DNA of 40,266 nucleotides, from assembly GCA_019358935.1 (NCBI GenBank), contig JAHHIK010000080.1, positions 1-40,266 on the forward strand, given 5' to 3'. The notes beneath the pieces are model-generated. The model worked only from the letters and a program-made list of their open reading frames with translations, ran no database searches and was not told where the DNA came from. Shown in pieces: positions 1 through 8,628 of the stretch; position 1 is the first letter of the stretch; the number at the start of each line of letters is the position of its first letter. Position numbers and translations under genes: made by a program. The DNA comes from Tolypothrix carrinoi HA7290-LM1. Lineage in GTDB: Bacteria; Cyanobacteriota; Cyanobacteriia; Cyanobacteriales; Nostocaceae.

Positions 1-1194
1 TACCCGGGGGACACGGCGGCCACGGAGGAATTTCTCCCTGGTCTCCCCCCTCTCCCTTGTCTCCCTTGTCCCCCCCCTCTCCCCCTCTCCCCCTCTCCCC
101 CTCCTCTTGCGCGAGGTTCTGCCCGTTCAATAAACTCAGTTGACTTGTATCAATTGGTAAAAGACCAAGCACATTTGTTACATCGCTTTGGGGGACATCC
201 CTTTGCAGCGGGGTTGAGTTTGCCGGTGGAGAATATTCCTTTATTTACAGAAGCGATTAATCAACGCTTGCGGCAAACTTTAGGTGGGGCAACTCTGACA
301 CCAACAATACAAGCAGACTTGGCAGTAACGGTAGCAGATTTGGGAAAAGATTTATTTTATGAACTGAAATTACTTGAACCGTGCGGAATGGGAAATCCTG
401 TACCGAAACTGCTAATTGAAAATTGCTGGTTTGAAAATTCTTGGAATCGCAATCAGCAAGATTCGCGGGGGAAAAAGGTACAGTATATTAAAACAGATTT
501 TCAAATTCGCGATGATTCTATCAGAAGCAGTTTTCCTGGGATTTGGTGGGGACACTACAAAGATGAATTGCCGATCGCAAGGTGTGATTGCATCGCGGAA
601 TTAGATTACAACACCTTCAAAAAACGCTATGAAATCAGATTAATTGCCGTGCGAAGAAGTGAAAACTCAATATTTCAGCACGCGGTTAACTCCTCAGCAC
701 TGATAGTAGATTGGCGAAATGTTACTACTAAAGAAGACTCAGCACTTTTAGTTAAAGAGTGTCCCACAAGTTGGGATGATTTAAGAGCATGGTTAAGGCG
801 ATCGCTTTACAATCAACAACAACTAGCGATCGCTTGGTCTAAACCTGAAAACAAACAACCTGAGCAAATTTGGCTCACCCTTGTGGGAATTGCTAAATAC
901 CTCAGTCGCACCAATCAAACAGTTACTCGCGTACAGCTATTAGAAAAACTCGGCATTAAAGACCAAACCTTGTATTTTGGATTTAGAGCTTTAAAATGCT
1001 TAGGATTCACAATCACTCGAGTTGATCGTAACTTGCAAATGAGCTTGCATTCTACCAATATTGCCGAAACAGTAGCCGATGCTGCCGTTGAACAATTTTT
1101 AGCCACAGTGCGAGAAGAACAATTTCAACGTCAGTATTTTGCCGAAGTTCCTTTATCTACAATTATGGCGATCGCCTCTCAAATACTCAATTAG
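1..1194 (+). CDS. recJ: Single-stranded-DNA exonuclease RecJ, 3' part (5' end outside window)
   Basis: Frame is open from base 1. DHHA1 motifs ARGSARS and FGGHPFAAGL, then LEPCGMGNPVP, typical of RecJ. Bases 1-108 are an in-frame low-complexity repeat insertion. Confidence 0.9.
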   Translation, partial: YPGDTAATEEFLPGLPPLPCLPCPPPLPLSPSPPPLARGSARSINSVDLYQLVKDQAHLLHRFGGHPFAAGLSLPVENIPLFTEAINQRLRQTLGGATLTPTIQADLAVTVADLGKDLFYELKLLEPCGMGNPVPKLLIENCWFENSWNRNQQDSRGKKVQYIKTDFQIRDDSIRSSFPGIWWGHYKDELPIARCDCIAELDYNTFKKRYEIRLIAVRRSENSIFQHAVNSSALIVDWRNVTTKEDSALLVKECPTSWDDLRAWLRRSLYNQQQLAIAWSKPENKQPEQIWLTLVGIAKYLSRTNQTVTRVQLLEKLGIKDQTLYFGFRALKCLGFTITRVDRNLQMSLHSTNIAETVADAAVEQFLATVREEQFQRQYFAEVPLSTIMAIASQILN

Positions 1195-1202
1195 TTAAAT
1201 TT

Positions 1203-1287
1203 GTAGGGTGCGTTAAAGCGCAGCGCAACGCACCATTTATTTCGGTGTTGTCCAGATCCCCGACTTCGTAAAAGTTGTCGGGGATCT
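1203..1287. repeat. Two REP-like palindromes downstream of recJ
   Basis: GTAG-GGTGCGTT...AACGCACC (1203-1234) and AGATCCCCGAC...GTCGGGGATCT (1254-1287). Confidence 0.7.
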
Positions 1288-1335
1288 AACAGCTGCATAT
1301 ACGATCAAAGTATTAAATGACTGGCAATCAGAAAA

Positions 1336-1992
1336 ATGCTACAGTACAATCCGCTAGACTGCTTACCTGATGCCGAGGATTTGCTCGACTCCGACGATAC
1401 CCCTGTAGATAACGAATTACAAAATTTGATTTCCGGTTTACTTAAAGCTGTACTAGCTATGGTGTGGGCAGACCGGATGGACTGGTTCTTTGGTGTTGAT
1501 CTGAGGATTTATTACGATCCCAATCAGCCAGCGATCGCACCAGATGCATTTTTGAGTTTGGGAGTTGAACGAATTATTGATGAAAATCTGCGTTTAGCTT
1601 ATCTTCTTTGGGAAGAACAGCACGTACCAATTATGGCGCTAGAAGTGGTTTATCATCAACCAGGCGGGGAATACACCACCAAGAGAAAAATTTATACTCA
1701 ATTAGAAGTCTTATATTATGTCATTTATAGTCCTCTGCGGGACAGAAAACGGACTTTAGAAGTGTATCGTTTGGTAAATGGCAAGTATCGATTACAGCCA
1801 GAAAATCCAGTTTGGCTACCGGAAATTGGTTTAGGAATTGGCTGTGAACAGGGAACATATCAAGGCATTACACGGGAGTGGCTTTACTGGTATAACGAGC
1901 AAGGCAAGCGTTTGTTAACACCAGAAGAACGGGTGCAAATACTGGCAGAACGTCTTAGAGCATTTGGTGTAGATCCAGATTCTTTGGTTTAG
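1336..1992 (+). CDS. Uma2 (DUF820) family PD-(D/E)XK-like protein, copy 1
   Basis: DSDDTPVDNELQ, APDAFLSLGV, ALEVV and REWLYWY motifs of cyanobacterial Uma2 proteins. Confidence 0.88.
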   Translation: MLQYNPLDCLPDAEDLLDSDDTPVDNELQNLISGLLKAVLAMVWADRMDWFFGVDLRIYYDPNQPAIAPDAFLSLGVERIIDENLRLAYLLWEEQHVPIMALEVVYHQPGGEYTTKRKIYTQLEVLYYVIYSPLRDRKRTLEVYRLVNGKYRLQPENPVWLPEIGLGIGCEQGTYQGITREWLYWYNEQGKRLLTPEERVQILAERLRAFGVDPDSLV

Positions 1993-2024
1993 AATGTGCT
2001 TCTGTATCAGTTATCCGAGTTAAG

Positions 2025-2057
2025 AGAACCCCGGTTTCTTCAAGAAACCGGGGTTCT
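2025..2057. repeat. Perfect palindrome between the Uma2 copies
   Basis: AGAACCCCGGTTTCTT-C-AAGAAACCGGGGTTCT. Confidence 0.8.
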
Positions 2058-2110
2058 GGGTTTGCAAGACTATGATCGGAGTATTAGATCAGATGAATGG
2101 CAATCAGATC

Positions 2111-2809
2111 ATGCTACAGTACGATCCGCTAGACTGCTTACCCTCCGCCAAGGATTTGCCGGACTCAGACGATACCCCTGTGGATAACGAATTACAAGAT
2201 TTAATTCCCGGTTTACTCAAAGTCATACTAGCTATGTTGTGGGCAGACCGGATGGACTGGTTTTTCGGCGTTGATATGGGTATTTATTACGACCCTGAAC
2301 AGCCGGCAATTGTACCAGATGGGTTTTTGAGTCTGGGAGTTGAACGAATTATTGATGAGAATCTGCGTTTAAGTTATGTTCTTTGGGAAGAACAGCGCGT
2401 ACCAATTATGGCATTAGAGGTGGTTTCTCAAAAGCAGCGTGGGGAATATAGCACCAAGAAAGAATTTTATGCCGAGCTAGAAGTTTTATATTATGTAGTT
2501 TATAATCCCCAGCGGCGGAGAAAACAGACTTTAGAAGTGTATCACTTGGAAGATGGCGAGTATCAATTACAGCGAGGAAATCCCGTTTGGCTACCGGAAA
2601 TCGGGTTAGGGATTGGCTGTGAACGGGGGACATATCTAGGTATTACACGCGAGTGGCTTTACTGGTATAACGAGCAAGGGCAGCGTTTATTAACACCAGA
2701 AGAACGGGTTCAACAAGCAGAACAAGAAGCACAACAAGCACAACAACGCGCTCAAATGCTGGCAGAGCGTCTAAAATCCCTTGGTGTAGATCCAGATTCT
2801 TTGGTTTAG
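2111..2809 (+). CDS. Uma2 (DUF820) family protein, copy 2
   Basis: Paralog of 1336-1992; start placed at ATG 2111 (MLQYDP) by alignment with copy 1. Has a C-terminal QAEQEAQQAQQ coiled coil. Confidence 0.88.
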   Translation: MLQYDPLDCLPSAKDLPDSDDTPVDNELQDLIPGLLKVILAMLWADRMDWFFGVDMGIYYDPEQPAIVPDGFLSLGVERIIDENLRLSYVLWEEQRVPIMALEVVSQKQRGEYSTKKEFYAELEVLYYVVYNPQRRRKQTLEVYHLEDGEYQLQRGNPVWLPEIGLGIGCERGTYLGITREWLYWYNEQGQRLLTPEERVQQAEQEAQQAQQRAQMLAERLKSLGVDPDSLV

Positions 2810-2876
2810 AATGTGCTTCGGGGTGAATTATATCGGCTGCCAGCTGTGATAACCAAGGCACAAGCCTGAAAAACTG

Positions 2877-3200
2877 GTGAACGAGTCTTTTAGGGAGATG
2901 AACGAGTCTTTTAGTGAGATGAACGAGTCTTTTAGTGAGATGAACGAGTCTTTTAGTGAGATGAACGAGTCTTTTAGTGAGATGAATGAGTCTTTTAGTG
3001 AGATGAATGAGTCTTTTAGTGAGATGAATGAGTCTTTTAGTGAGATGAATGAGTCTTTTAGTGAGATGAATGAGTCTTTTAGTGAGATGAATGAGTCTTT
3101 TAGTGAGATGAATGAGTATTAAAGACTCTTTAATGAGGTTAAAAGACTCTTTAATGAGTATCAAAGACTCTTTAATGAGGTTAAAAGGCTCTTTAATGAG
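2877..3200. repeat. Two abutting 21-bp tandem arrays with inverted cores
   Basis: 11 copies of ATGAAYGAGTCTTTTAGTGAG (2877-3107), then 4 copies of a unit such as AATGAGGTTAAAAGACTCTTT (3111-3194). Confidence 0.95.
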
Positions 3201-3305
3201 TCAGCTTAACGCAAAATAGGCGGATCGCTTACACCAATTCTTCAAAATAGGCAACAGATGCCAACCTGAAAAGCCAAATTAAATTCTGACTTTCTTAATT
3301 ACGAA

Positions 3306-6300
3306 TTACGAATTACCAATTAAACCTTGCACTCTCGCTACCATTTGCCTAACTGCCTCAGCATCAGGAGATTGAATACGCTGCAATATCTCCAAAGCTG
3401 GCTGCAAATAATCTAAAGCTTTATTGTAATCGCCCTGTTGTTCTGCTATACCCCCTAACCACCACAAAGTCATTGCCTTACCTTGGACATCGCCGATTTG
3501 TTCACTGAGGGCAAAGGATTGTTCAAAAAGGGCGATCGCTTCGTTGATTTTTCCTGTATTGGCTTTGATATAACCCAAATTGTGCAACGTCCTTACCTGG
3601 GTATGGAAATCGCTGATTTGTTTTGTAAGGTCAAGGGATTGTTCAAAAAGGGCGACTGCTTCATTGATTTCTCCGCTATTAAGTTTGAGATATCCCAAGT
3701 TATTTAAGGTCGCTGCCAGTCCTTGGATATCGCCGATTTGTTTTGCGAGGACAAGGGATTTTTCAAAAAGGGCGATCGCTTCGTTAATTTTTCCTGTATT
3801 GACTTTGAGACTCCCCAGACACTGCAACGTCGCTGCCAGTCCTTGGATATCGCGGGTTTGTTCCTTGATGGCAAGGGATTGTTCAAAAAAGGCGATTGCT
3901 TCGTTAATGTTTCCTGTATTGGCTTTAAGTCTACCCATTTCGTGCAACGTCGCTGCCAGCCCTTGGACATCGCGGATTTGTTCTGTGAGGACAAGGGATT
4001 GTTCAAAAAAGGCGATAGCTTCGTTAATGTTTCCTGTATTGGCTTTGAGTCTCCCCATTTCATGCAACGTCGCTGCCAGTCCTCGGACATCGTGGATTTG
4101 TTCTGTGAGGGCAAGGGATTGTTCAAAAAGGGCGATCGCTTCGTTAATTTTTCCTGTATTGGCTTTGAGATATCCCAAGTTGTGAATAATTGCTATTTTT
4201 TCTTTTTCGTCTTCTACTAGACAGCTATCTAGGGCTTGTTGATAATGCTCTTGTGCTTTACTAACTTCACCTAGTTGTTGTTCACAGCGAGCTAATGCAT
4301 GTAACAGTAAGTAATTTTTAGCAATTTCTAGAGTAGATTTGCACAACTTAACAGCTTCTCGAAATCGGCTTTGATTTCTCCAGTGCCTTGCTAACCTCCC
4401 TGCGATTTCTACAGCAATCTTGTCTACCTTCCCTCGCAACGCCAGCCGATGAATTTCTAAGGCTTGTTCCTCGGTTGCAGTTTCTGCCTCTTCCCACCAA
4501 AGACGATACAACACCTCAGCCGCTTGCTTATGCAAAGCTTCCCCATCTTCCGATAACTGCACAGGCAAAATGCGCGGCACTCGTAACGCCTCATCGTGGC
4601 TCACTTCCAACAGTCCCAACGCCACAGCCCGACTAATATAATGTGACAAATTGGGGATAGTGTCACAAACTGCGGCTAAAGCTTCTTTCGGTACTGGCAA
4701 CTCAAACACCAAACCCCGTGACAACATCTCCCGCATAGTTGTATCCATTTGTTCCAGCAGCGCTTCTGCCAAAACTTGCTCTCGCAACTCCACCGGATCT
4801 GCTGCCAACCGATTCAAAATTGCCGCTTGGTCAACTGTTGTATTTTGCAGAATCTTATCCAACCATTCCAGCAAGCGAGGATTACCATCTGCTAACTTCT
4901 GCGCTTGCGATTTTAACGCCTCATCCACCTGAGATTTAGCATTAAAAGCTGTGAGGCGATTAAACTTTTTTTGCAAATCTGCCCCTTGCAGTGCATCCAA
5001 CGGCTGCTTGTGGAAATGCTGCAACTGGCTAAATTCAAAATCGTAACGGCAGGTAATAATGATGCGGTGGGAAGTGTAATTTTCTCTAATTGCCCAAACT
5101 AAAGCCTTCATTACCTCTGCTGCTTCCGGTTGCAGCCGACCTAACCCCCCTAACCCCCCTTCCCTGCTAGGGAAGGGGGGAACTTGACTCCCCTCTTTGC
5201 TTCGGAGAGGGGCTGGGGGAGAGGTCTCTAAATTCACTTCAAAGTCATCCAGCACCAACAAAAACGGCTTTGCTTGTTCATGTAACTGCTGGAAAACTCG
5301 CTTCAGCCGAAATCTCAATTCTTCATCGTAATTTTGCAGGCTTTTGCGTTGTTCGTTGTCATCCAACTTTTCTGCCAAGCGACTCACCAAACTAGCTTCA
5401 TCAATTCTTCCCACCCAGACAACACGCTGAAAATTCGGCAGTCTGTCACTAAGCCTAGCTGCTAAACTACTTTTACCCAAACCGCCCATCCCATGAATCA
5501 ACACCCCCACTTCATCGCTTGATTGTGTCAGCACCCTTAAACAATTTTGCAATTGCCGACGACGACCAACAAAACTTTCCCGCGTCGGGACTTTCACCTT
5601 ACCCGCAGCATCTAAAAACTGGGTAGAAACAGAAGGTGGTGGTGCTGGTTTCCGTCCACGAGTCCGCAAAGGTGTAACTAATGTTGGTAAATTGCCTGCC
5701 GCATACAGCCGCAATAAATGCCAATCCCGCGCTTTGTTCTTAATTAATGCTTGGTAAGTACAAGCAAGAGCTTCGGTGATTTGCTTCCCCGCAGACAATT
5801 CCTCATACAATGCAGCAGCTGCGGCTGTAGCTTCAGGATCTAAAACCTTTTGACCCCAACCCAAAACCGCTTTTGCACCCGATTTCAGCAACTCTTCAGC
5901 CATTGACGGCACAGATCCAGAATTGCCTGCTTGCCCAGTGCGACAACCAGAGAGGAATATCAGTTTAGGCAGTCGAAATTGTAATTCTTCGGCGATATCC
6001 CCAGCACTGGCATAGTAAGCTTCACCTGTTGCCGTTTCTGTAATGAAGCGGGGTTGCCCATCTTGTAGAGTAGCATGACCCGTCAGGTGTAAAACATCAA
6101 AATAATCTTTGTCATAACCATCGACTAAATAACCCAACTCCGACAAACAGCCGCTTTCTTCCACCGTCAAAGCTAAAGGTTGCCGCTTTGTGGCTTCCAG
6201 AATCCGTGCTTCCTCTCCCTCAAAATCCAGCACAGGTTTGACATCCAGAGGCGAAGTTGCCATAAACACAACTTGCAAAGCCCGGTTTTCTGGTTCCCCT

Positions 6301-6707
6301 TCAATGGTCAATTTTTTTACCGTGCTATCCGACACCCAGCGCACCGGGACAATAGCCGGGACCCGCTGCACCAAAAACCCATTACCATCGTGCAACACTT
6401 CCCAAGGCAGATGGGCAAGTTGTTCTGCTGCGGCGATCGCTAAAACAATCCCCTCACGCCGATACTTATCTAGCAATTGCAGAGTGCGATCGCTCCCATC
6501 CAACCAGTTATACAACCGCCGTCCAGTTACTGTATAATCCTCTGGTAAATCCGAAACGTAATAATCTCTCTCAGCCAACTTAATCAAATCGGCGATTTCT
6601 GTTATGGAGAGCGATCGCTTCTGATACTCATTTGGATTATCAATAAAGTAACGCAGCTCTACGTAATTACCAGCAACTAACTTGAGGTCGAGGTGGAGCG
6701 TTTGCAC
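3306..6707 (-). CDS. CHAT (caspase-like) protease - STAND/NB-ARC-like NTPase - TPR protein
   Basis: CHAT catalytic His (LHLTGHA) and Cys (FLSGCRTG); FVGRRRQL; Walker A GMGGLGKS; Walker B LLVLDDFE; GNPRLL (GxP motif); C-terminal 40-aa TPR units. GTG start. Confidence 0.92.
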   Translation of the reverse strand: MQTLHLDLKLVAGNYVELRYFIDNPNEYQKRSLSITEIADLIKLAERDYYVSDLPEDYTVTGRRLYNWLDGSDRTLQLLDKYRREGIVLAIAAAEQLAHLPWEVLHDGNGFLVQRVPAIVPVRWVSDSTVKKLTIEGEPENRALQVVFMATSPLDVKPVLDFEGEEARILEATKRQPLALTVEESGCLSELGYLVDGYDKDYFDVLHLTGHATLQDGQPRFITETATGEAYYASAGDIAEELQFRLPKLIFLSGCRTGQAGNSGSVPSMAEELLKSGAKAVLGWGQKVLDPEATAAAAALYEELSAGKQITEALACTYQALIKNKARDWHLLRLYAAGNLPTLVTPLRTRGRKPAPPPSVSTQFLDAAGKVKVPTRESFVGRRRQLQNCLRVLTQSSDEVGVLIHGMGGLGKSSLAARLSDRLPNFQRVVWVGRIDEASLVSRLAEKLDDNEQRKSLQNYDEELRFRLKRVFQQLHEQAKPFLLVLDDFEVNLETSPPAPLRSKEGSQVPPFPSREGGLGGLGRLQPEAAEVMKALVWAIRENYTSHRIIITCRYDFEFSQLQHFHKQPLDALQGADLQKKFNRLTAFNAKSQVDEALKSQAQKLADGNPRLLEWLDKILQNTTVDQAAILNRLAADPVELREQVLAEALLEQMDTTMREMLSRGLVFELPVPKEALAAVCDTIPNLSHYISRAVALGLLEVSHDEALRVPRILPVQLSEDGEALHKQAAEVLYRLWWEEAETATEEQALEIHRLALRGKVDKIAVEIAGRLARHWRNQSRFREAVKLCKSTLEIAKNYLLLHALARCEQQLGEVSKAQEHYQQALDSCLVEDEKEKIAIIHNLGYLKANTGKINEAIALFEQSLALTEQIHDVRGLAATLHEMGRLKANTGNINEAIAFFEQSLVLTEQIRDVQGLAATLHEMGRLKANTGNINEAIAFFEQSLAIKEQTRDIQGLAATLQCLGSLKVNTGKINEAIALFEKSLVLAKQIGDIQGLAATLNNLGYLKLNSGEINEAVALFEQSLDLTKQISDFHTQVRTLHNLGYIKANTGKINEAIALFEQSFALSEQIGDVQGKAMTLWWLGGIAEQQGDYNKALDYLQPALEILQRIQSPDAEAVRQMVARVQGLIGNS
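3481..4200 (-). repeat. Six 120-bp intragenic tandem repeats encoding TPR units
   Basis: Near-identical units start at 3481, 3601, 3721, 3841, 3961 and 4081. Confidence 0.92.
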
Positions 6708-6811
6708 ATTCTTGCTCTACAACTTTGAGACTTCAGCATTTACCTCAAGTCTATCACCCTCGATTCCAAAGACGCGATTTGTAATACCATTTCTAGATGA
6801 AGATGCGTCAT

Positions 6812-7120
6812 TACTAGCCCACGCAGGTGGGCTTTGTTTGTATAGCCCCAGGCTTCTAGCCTGAGGGCGATTGAAGAAAGGCAGAGGGCAGGAGGCAGCT
6901 ATGCTGAAGGAGCAATCGGATGGGGATTCAAACCCCAACCGATTGAATCCACCGTGTAGACGGTGGGGTTTTATACCCAGTTGGCTCCAGCCAGAAGGCT
7001 GAATCAAAGACATAATTTATACCTTATGCCCTCTGCCCTCTGCCTTCTGCCTTCCGCCGAAGGCGGATAAAGCGCAGCATCACAAAGAATTGGTGTAAAG
7101 ACGCGATAAATCGCGTCACT
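6812..7120. repeat. Cluster of small dispersed palindromic repeats and STRR arms
   Basis: AGCCCAC-GCAG-GTGGGCT; GGCAGAGGGCAG versus TGCCCTCTGCC inverted arms; CCACCGT-GTAG-ACGGTGG; GACGCGAT-AA-ATCGCGTC. Confidence 0.7.
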
Positions 7121-7445
7121 ACGATTCTAAAATTTGGCGAATCTCTTCCAAGGTTGCATCTTCTAAAAGGAGTCGTCTGCCATTACGTCCGACAATCAAC
7201 ACCTTTTCAATTCTTTTACCAGATTGTTTCTGTTTATACTCTTGATACCACTTGCGGATTTGTTCAGCAATGGCGATCGCTCCCCCGACAATACCAACGA
7301 TGCTAGCAACAGTTGCGATTACTCCCTCTCTTTCGGGTGCTTCTGAACTCACCTTATAGTTACCTGATATACCGGGAATCGCCAAAAGCGCTTCTGTTGC
7401 AGCGATCGCATCTTCACCCTCAATCGCCAACCGAATTTCTGCCAT
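7119..7445 (-). CDS. Small EACC1/Pepco-like protein with central hydrophobic segment, co-oriented upstream of the CHAT gene
   Basis: 108 aa; REG followed by VIATVASIVGIVGGAIAIAEQIRKW and a short beta-rich C-terminus. This layout and context resemble peptidase-co-occurring proteins. Family label is an inference. Confidence 0.65.
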   Translation of the reverse strand: MAEIRLAIEGEDAIAATEALLAIPGISGNYKVSSEAPEREGVIATVASIVGIVGGAIAIAEQIRKWYQEYKQKQSGKRIEKVLIVGRNGRRLLLEDATLEEIRQILES

Positions 7446-7545
7446 ACTTTACCTGCAAGCATATCTAATCCAGGCTTATTTTCAATAATACCACCAGAGC
7501 GATCGGCGTTTCTCGGTCATTAATTATTCCTTATTAATAGTTCAC

Positions 7546-7601
7546 TCCCCCTTGTCCCCCTTGTCCCCCTTGTCCCCCTTGTCCCCCCATCCCCCCCCTC
7601 C
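7546..7601. repeat. CCCCCTTGT-type short tandem repeat
   Basis: Directly visible 9-bp tandem units. Confidence 0.85.
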
Positions 7602-8243
7602 TCATCTCCCCAAATTCCCCTGTCGTTCGCACCGAAAACCTCGTTGCTGCCAATCTTGCATATTCACTTCAGTTAGTCTAGTCACATTTGAGCATTCTGG
7701 CTGAATAAATTGACTTAAACCTGCCCAAAACAAACTGCGGGTTACATCTGCTGAGGTTTTCAACCAAGACTCACGATTACCAGGAATGCCTTTTTCCTCA
7801 ACAATCACAGGTTCTACCCAAATACCATGAGCACCTAAAAGAATTTGTCCTAGCCATTTCGCTCTTGGTAAGTGAGTTGCGGAAGTAATAAGCATGACTT
7901 TATGCACTCCCAAACGGCGCAAAATAGGAATACCATAATAGAAATTTTCAAAGGTGGAATCGGCACAATTTTCTAACCAAACATTTTGTATAGGTGCTAC
8001 TTCTCGTTGAAAAATCAACCAAATACAAGGATCTTGAGAACCGCGAGAAATTAAAATCGGCGTAGAGGGAGATTTTTTTGCTTCTTGGGCAACATAAATT
8101 TCTCTAGTAATGCTGCCACCAAGTACAAAAAAGCCATCTACTGGCGAGGATGACGCATTCAGTAGAGTTATACTCATAAAAATCAGCCAAATAGCCAACA
8201 CAGCACATAAACTCAGAGATAACTTTTGTAACATTTGCCACAT
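7602..8243 (-). CDS. YdcF/DUF218 family protein
   Basis: N-terminal TM segment, VLGGS, ADSTFENF, LITSATHLPRA. Confidence 0.85.
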   Translation of the reverse strand: MWQMLQKLSLSLCAVLAIWLIFMSITLLNASSSPVDGFFVLGGSITREIYVAQEAKKSPSTPILISRGSQDPCIWLIFQREVAPIQNVWLENCADSTFENFYYGIPILRRLGVHKVMLITSATHLPRAKWLGQILLGAHGIWVEPVIVEEKGIPGNRESWLKTSADVTRSLFWAGLSQFIQPECSNVTRLTEVNMQDWQQRGFRCERQGNLGR

Positions 8244-8628
8244 TTTGCAGATTTTTATCCTATCTTCGATGAATGTTTTTTAGTAAAAATACGTCTGATG
8301 GCACAAGCACTTCAAAGCTAAGAAAGGATTTTGTCCTACAGACATACACTTAAGCAGAAGCTAGTGCTATCTTATTAAAAGTAATTGAGGGTGAGAGGAC
8401 GACACACAGCTATAGTGTTAATAATTAAGATTAACCTTCCGGAAAGAGATGACAAACGGAAGGATAATTGTTAAAAAGTAACGCAGTGCTTTAGCCGAAT
8501 TTAAAGGGCAAAATTATGAAGTAATTGTAGCTTTATAAGCACAAAACCGATAAATTTCTGGTAGATTTCATAAGAAAGCCAGATTGCTAAACTGTCAATA
8601 ACACAATTATTCCAGCTGATATACATAC

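Noticed and set aside
2877..3200. CRISPR array
   Set aside because: Units are contiguous with no unique spacers, and there are no cas genes in the window.
3481..4200. Diversity-generating retroelement TR/VR pair
   Set aside because: Repeats are tandem and all coding, differences are not confined to adenines, and no reverse transcriptase is present.
3483..4220. Plus-strand and alternative-frame ORFs over the TPR array
   Set aside because: Shadow ORFs produced by the 120-bp periodicity.
6717..7013. 98-aa ORF between the small gene and the CHAT gene as a third system component
   Set aside because: Made largely of palindromic and STRR repeat sequence, with no recognisable motif.
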